Shown one piece after another: positions 58,583 to 64,000 of a stretch of 64,000 bases of DNA. The stretch spans positions 1-64,000 of IMG/VR virus record IMGVR_UViG_3300010163_000002; one strand, written 5' to 3'. The stretch's first letter is position 1. The number at the start of each line of letters is the position of its first letter. The translations under genes and the position numbers were made by a program. The DNA comes from a virus. Lineage: Duplodnaviria; Caudoviricetes. The notes under the pieces are model-generated. The model was given only the letters and a program-made list of their open reading frames with translations, was not told where the DNA came from and ran no database searches.

Positions 58583-58675
58583 AGTATCCTCTTTCTCGCT
58601 TATAACGGGCTTCAAGCGACTACCCGATTTTATTTTTTATTTATATTATTATCTTCTATTCACTATTATAATATA
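58580..58675 (-). promoter_or_regulatory. duplicated early promoter plus structured 5' leader (copy 2)
   Basis: As copy 1, with AAGCGA in the second stem. Confidence 0.8.
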
Positions 58676-58731
58676 TAAATAAATATATAGAGAATTACAA
58701 ATATTACAGTCGAGCATATTTTATATTCCAA

Positions 58732-58743
58732 AACATTGTGATA
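58732..58743 (+). promoter_or_regulatory. late-type promoter (AACA-N6-TA)
   Basis: AACA TTGTGA TA upstream of terL. Confidence 0.7.
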
Positions 58744-58767
58744 AATAACACGAAAGGAGGTAATATA

Positions 58768-61700
58768 GTGAACTACGAACCAACAATGGTTGGAAGACCT
58801 ATGAATACTGCAAATCCGTATAATAACGTCGTTGTTAACAGACAAGCTGTATACCCTGGCGGGCCTCCACCGCCAAGACAAACATATTCAAAACCGCAAA
58901 CTATAAGAACATTATATGCTCAAAAAACAACTAAAAATAAGAGTTTCTTGGATATGCACCATTATCTTGAATCTATAGGAATTAAGAATAATGAATTCAT
59001 GCTAACTCTTATAGATCCAGATCTTGATGGTATTGACCCTCATGATCCTAACCTCAATGCTTATTATAAACAGAAAATTTTGCGAGAATGCCTATGCAAC
59101 TATTGGTAAAAATGAAATGCTCCGTATTATGGTAACATAGTGCGTGCACCTTACTGAATTGCTGGGAAAGGCTAAGAGCTTCAATGCCTATTAATAGGAG
59201 TCGAAAGACAGAAACAAGTTTGAAGATGGACTATGCTGAAATAAAAGCTATATATCTATATAGTGCTAAAGTCTAATTAATGTCTAATCAGCAGCCAACA
59301 GATTAGTACTACAATACCGAAGGAAGTACTAATTATGGAAATTATTGGTAAACGATTTGAAAGTAATAATTTTGGATTCTTTAAAGTTATTGATACAGTA
59401 GATAAGATAAAATGTAAAGAGCCTAGATACCTTATACAATTTGAAAATACTGGATCTTATAATACGGCCTCGTATAATTCAATACGGCACGGAAGAGTAA
59501 AAGACAGGTATGCTCCAATTGTAGCAGGTGTAGGATTTCTTGGAGATTATGATGGTAAAATAACAACAGATCCGTTTATTTATGGTTTATATAGGCCATG
59601 GAATGATATGCTGAATAGGTGTTATAATGTTACAGATGAAGATTATCCAGAATATGGAGCTATAGGAATTAGAGTTGATAAAGCGTGGTTTAATTTTGGT
59701 ACATATTTGCATGATGTGCAACAATTGCCAGGTTTTAATCTTAAGCTAAAATACTGGGATATTTATCAATTGGATAAGGATTATTTGCAGCTTAATATTC
59801 CTAAATGTAACAGAATATACTCTAAGCATACTTGTATATGGATTTCAAAGCATGATAATATTTTGCTTATGAATACAGAAAATGGTAATAAAACTGGCAT
59901 GATGGGTATAGTGGAAAGAAGTGGGGGATACGTGGTTAGATATCGTAATAAATCATACGGTAAATACGACAATCTAATAGCTGCAGGTAATGCTTATAAT
60001 AATCTATTCCCATTATTAACAAGATCTAATCCGCATGCAAACATATTCATTCCAAATAATGTGCCATATATACCTCAAGAGGAAATTATTAAGCACTTAA
60101 TGAATCCAAAAGAATTATGTAAAATCGTTCAATAAATACTATTGGTTGGTTCAACGACTATCCGTGATGAGTGTAGCGGAGTAGGGCCCAAGTGGGTGGG
60201 TGAGAATCCCTTAAATCCAAGCGGTAAGGCGTCCATTATATGGATGAAGATATAGTCTCAGCATATGGAGAAATTCCATAGTATTTATTTTAATATAACG
60301 TAATATAACGAATTACGGTAAGAATTAATTTCATAAGGGAATGTGTAAGAGTACCATCATCAGGCAGACCTATGATGTATAAACTTACACGAGCTAATCT
60401 TGCATTAAATTTCTGTATGAGTTTAAACCTTAATGTATTTGAGGAGATACCTCGACAGCAGGGTAAAACAGTTTCTGTAGCAATTAGGCTACTTTATGTA
60501 TATAATTTTGGAACTACCAACACCAAGATGGCATTCCTGCATAAGGGTATGGATGGTGCTAAGGATAACTTACAAACTCTTAAAGATATCCGTGATATGC
60601 TCCCTCCGTATCTTATTATGAAAGAACGAGTAATGCCAGACGGTAAAGTAGATAAAGGTCGTAATAATACTACGGATATACTTAATCCATTTAATAATAA
60701 CTCAATTAAAACATTTGCATCCGCAACCAATAAAGCTAAAGCGGCATCATTACTTAGAGGTAAGTCCCTTAGCACTATATGGTACGATGAGTACGGATTT
60801 TTACCATATAATGATGTAATTTATATGAATGCTGCTCCTGCATTTAAAACAGCTTCAGAAATAGCTAAAAAGAATGGAACTCCTCATGGTATTGTAATTA
60901 CTACAACACCTGGATTTATGACTACAAATGAGGGTAAAGAAGCATATTCAATGAAAGAGATGGCTACTAAATTTAGCGAATCTTGGTACGATTTGAAATA
61001 TGCCGAGCTAATGCAAATCATAAATGCCAATACAAAATCAGATTTTGTATACATTAAATTTACCTACCAGCAACTCGGATGTAGCGAGCAATGGTTTGCT
61101 GAAGTAAGTAAACTTCTTAAGAATAGTTGGCCTGACATAAGGCGAGAGATTTTGCTTGAGTGGGCTACTGGAGTGGAAAACTCTCCATTTAAAGAAGAAG
61201 ATCTTGATACTATATCTGGTCTTATCAGACAACCTATAAGTATTACATATCTACTTGGTAAATATAGATTTGAAACTTATCTGCAGGCTGATACTAGAAC
61301 ATATCCCCCTCTTATTGGAGTCGATGTTGCTAGTGGATATCGGCAAGATAGTTCGACTATTACTGTAGTAGATTCTTTAACAACTAAAGTTCTTGGATGT
61401 ATGAATTGTAACTATATAAGTACAATCGATTTGGCAAGATGCATTGAATTCATTGTTAAGAACTGGATGCCGAATTCGATTATCAATGTTGAGAGGAACG
61501 GGGGTTATGGTTCAACAGTTATAACTAAGCTTGTTAAGATGGGCTTAAGGAAAAACTTATATTATGAGATAAAAGATGTCGTAACAGAAGAAAAACAAGA
61601 CGGTATTCATTCATATAAACAGAAAACAAGAATGAAAGTATATGGCCTTACGTCTACCAAAGCAATAAGAAATACTCTAATTGATATTCTTATTGAGCGA

Positions 61701-62354
61701 GTTGAGAGTCATAAAGATAAAATCGTATCTCCTATAATTTATAATGAGCTGCTTGGAATGGAGATTAAACGTAATGGTAAAGTCGAGCATTCTGATAGCA
61801 CTCATGATGACCAGGTATTTTCTATGTTAATGGCTTTATATATGTGGTATGAAGGCGTTAATATGGGAGAACGCTTTGGCATGAAAAAGACATCTATTAG
61901 AACAGATGAAGATATAGACGAACAAGTAGATTACTACAATGATGATTCAGTAGAGATAGTTGGGTCTTTTAATCAGGAAGATGATTTAAATACAGAAATT
62001 GAAAAGGATCTTGATAATGCTATTAAAGCTGGCGGTATGCAGATGCAAGAATTTCTTGATCAACGTAGAGCTCAAGAGCAAGCTCAATTTAAATCATTAA
62101 TTCTTTCTCCTATAGGAGAAAGAGCTTATAGACAAAAATATAATATTCCAGATAACGTACCAATAACAAATTTTGTTGGAGAGCAGAATAATTTCAACGT
62201 CCCAGATTCTGTTCTTCTAGGATTTTATAACAATAATAACGGTAATCCGTATTTTGAAAGCGAAGTACCGTTTAATAGATTAGCCGTATCAGAAGATCAA
62301 GCTTATATGCTTGAAGATGATGGATATAGATACCAGGATCATTTTAATTTCTAA
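58768..62354 (+). CDS. terL: terminase large subunit; intron-split, exons 58768-59107 and 60328-62354, about 788 aa
   Basis: PRQQGKT Walker A, WYDE Walker B, ITTTPG, IGVDVA.G...D.S, VERN, HDD. The exon join gives NYWYFIRE. Confidence 0.92.
59108..60327 (+). mobile_element. group I intron (IA-like) with homing endonuclease; apparent terminal A
   Basis: P AATTGCTGGGAA, Q AATCAGCAG, R TTCAACGACTA, S AAGATATAGTCT; 7-bp P10 AUGAAAU/AUUUCAU. Confidence 0.9.
59335..60135 (+). CDS. intron-encoded HNH-like (beta-beta-alpha-Me) homing endonuclease with AP2-like tail
   Basis: W..ML.RCY....Y..YG..GI.V...W..F, LDKD, YS..TC.W....N. Confidence 0.8.
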   Translation: MEIIGKRFESNNFGFFKVIDTVDKIKCKEPRYLIQFENTGSYNTASYNSIRHGRVKDRYAPIVAGVGFLGDYDGKITTDPFIYGLYRPWNDMLNRCYNVTDEDYPEYGAIGIRVDKAWFNFGTYLHDVQQLPGFNLKLKYWDIYQLDKDYLQLNIPKCNRIYSKHTCIWISKHDNILLMNTENGNKTGMMGIVERSGGYVVRYRNKSYGKYDNLIAAGNAYNNLFPLLTRSNPHANIFIPNNVPYIPQEEIIKHLMNPKELCKIVQ

Positions 62355-62361
62355 ATATTTT

Positions 62362-62388
62362 ATGGAGGAGGTTATATGCCTCCTCCAT
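62362..62388 (+). terminator. terminator after terL
   Basis: ATGGAGGAGG-N7-CCTCCTCCAT followed by a T-rich tail. Confidence 0.75.
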
Positions 62389-62445
62389 TGCTTTTTATCA
62401 TAAAAAGTACAACTATGTAAAAATAATCTAAGGAGGACTGATATA

Positions 62446-63240
62446 ATGAATGGCAATCAGGTAGAATTGTACCGGATCGATAATGAATACAATATTAGCG
62501 AAATATTAGCTCATTTTGATTCGGATTTCATACTACACGCATTAGAAGACAAATTAGAGCATATTGATTATGCTTCAACACTTATAGAACCAAATTTTGT
62601 TGGAGCATTCGAAAGCAATTTCAAACTCATGAATGATGAATATTCTGGGGATAGTCAGAATATTCGTACAGTAAGAGAGCAAGTATACAGAGAAATTATT
62701 AAAGTATTATGCGGTAAATTTAATCTTGAATTTAATAGTATTGATGACCACATTGATCCATATACTGCAGCATATTACTTGTATGATTTTCTCGTATGCA
62801 ATAGAAATACTATTATGGTAAACTTCTTTGTAGCATTCATAATTAATAATAAAGAGAGTTTATGCAATATGCTTAATGTAGAAGACTTCAGAAAAAATAA
62901 GGACAGCTCATCAGCATATGGAAAACGAGTATATTCTGATACTGATTATGCCATCATAAGTGCAAATATCCCTAAAATTATTAACTATATTCAGACATTG
63001 GATATTAGATTAATAAATATATTTCAAAGCGTATATGTAGATCCGGCATTAGTTCAATTTCTTGATAATGCATTTGCTGATAAGGGAAATTTCTTTAAAG
63101 ATTATTATTGTACTGCAATAAATAATGTAGAAATTGCCCCAATAATAATAACTAATATAAGGCTATCGTTGCAAAAAATTGTAGGGGATGTTAGTGCAAG
63201 TCATATAGACGAGATTATGGCGACAAGCCCAAAGGCATAA
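62446..63240 (+). CDS. hypothetical protein (late region)
   Basis: 264 aa ORF with AGGAGG SD. Confidence 0.7.
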   Translation: MNGNQVELYRIDNEYNISEILAHFDSDFILHALEDKLEHIDYASTLIEPNFVGAFESNFKLMNDEYSGDSQNIRTVREQVYREIIKVLCGKFNLEFNSIDDHIDPYTAAYYLYDFLVCNRNTIMVNFFVAFIINNKESLCNMLNVEDFRKNKDSSSAYGKRVYSDTDYAIISANIPKIINYIQTLDIRLINIFQSVYVDPALVQFLDNAFADKGNFFKDYYCTAINNVEIAPIIITNIRLSLQKIVGDVSASHIDEIMATSPKA

Positions 63241-63268
63241 AATATAATTAAACGGAGGATATAGAAAA

Positions 63269-64000
63269 ATGAGCGAAAAAATTGTAAACATTGATGACGT
63301 GGCAACACTTAGAGACGATACCGAATTAACTGACGATCAGGTCGGATTAATTTATAATTCTCTTAAAAATGAAGATAAAGCCAGCCAGGATAATTTAAAA
63401 AATGCTATAGATAAAACAGAATCAACTCAATACACTTCTGAAGATAATAATGTGATTGAAGCGCAGGATATGATTCCCGGAGTTGATGCTATTCCTAGCA
63501 ATTTAAAATACGAAGAAACAACAGGAGAGATTGAAGAAACTGAAGAAAATATTAAAGATACATTAGAAATGTACGGAATCAAAGATGAAGACGTAGAATT
63601 AATGCTTGATGTGATTAATCAGTATAAAAATGATAAAAACGTAAGCATTACAAATATCTATAATAAGTTACCAGCATCATTCAAAACAATGGTTGATAAC
63701 CTTGCTATGCTTGAGGGAGCGCCAAAGGATTTCAAACAGCTTAGAGCAATGAGAAATGCTGCTACTAGAACTCTTCTTGATGAGTTCATCAATGACTCTA
63801 AACTCTCTAAAGCTGTAGAAGACTACACCAAAGAAGTATCAGATGCTATAAATGAAATGGAAACCGGGTACAATAAAATTATTAATGACGCAATCAACGA
63901 TGCATTTGATAAAATTGATAAGATTGAAGCCGAAAACCCAACTCAAGCTGCTAATATTAAAGCTATAAAACAAGCGTTTAAAGACGCAGTAGAGCTTGAA
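63269..64000 (+). CDS. acidic helical hypothetical protein, truncated by the window end
   Basis: GGAGG SD; MSEKIVNIDDVATL...; the frame appears open to the end of the window. Confidence 0.75.
   Translation, partial: MSEKIVNIDDVATLRDDTELTDDQVGLIYNSLKNEDKASQDNLKNAIDKTESTQYTSEDNNVIEAQDMIPGVDAIPSNLKYEETTGEIEETEENIKDTLEMYGIKDEDVELMLDVINQYKNDKNVSITNIYNKLPASFKTMVDNLAMLEGAPKDFKQLRAMRNAATRTLLDEFINDSKLSKAVEDYTKEVSDAINEMETGYNKIINDAINDAFDKIDKIEAENPTQAANIKAIKQAFKDAVELE

Noticed and set aside
1-64000. Alternative genetic code, tRNA genes, CRISPR arrays, chimallin or tubulin genes
   Set aside because: Long genes read intact in the standard code and the internal stops are explained by introns. No cloverleaf, spacer array or recognisable shell/PhuZ motif was seen by eye; tRNAscan-SE and HMM searches would be needed to exclude them.

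Overview
AT-rich, gene-dense segment of a jumbo myophage of the AR9/PBS1-phiKZ-like type, probably infecting a Firmicute (Clostridia-like dUTPase, SleB-type hydrolase, Tad1, strong GGAGG ribosome-binding sites). It encodes two split multisubunit RNA polymerase beta-prime fragments, a probable sigma-like nvRNAP subunit, a split family-B DNA polymerase, primase, three SF2 helicases, a GroEL-like chaperonin, and head, baseplate and terminase genes. Two related group I introns, each with a different HNH-type homing endonuclease, interrupt the sigma-like gene and terL. Two promoter motifs recur: AR9-late-like (A/G/T)AC(A/T)-N6-TA and an early TATATTATA motif. The most unusual signals are: (1) a helicase with a tandem array of 49-aa HTH-like repeats whose putative recognition helix varies; (2) two ~80-95 nt promoter-to-terminator RNAs exposing an anti-Shine-Dalgarno motif; (3) a terL intron that appears to end in A instead of the canonical omega-G; (4) a duplicated 5' leader with a predicted H-type pseudoknot bracketing tad1; (5) an orphan TasA/IS110-Nop-like protein; (6) a mini-gene carrying an exact copy of the capsid C-terminal tail. 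All product calls come from motif recognition only; no database searches or folding programs were run.
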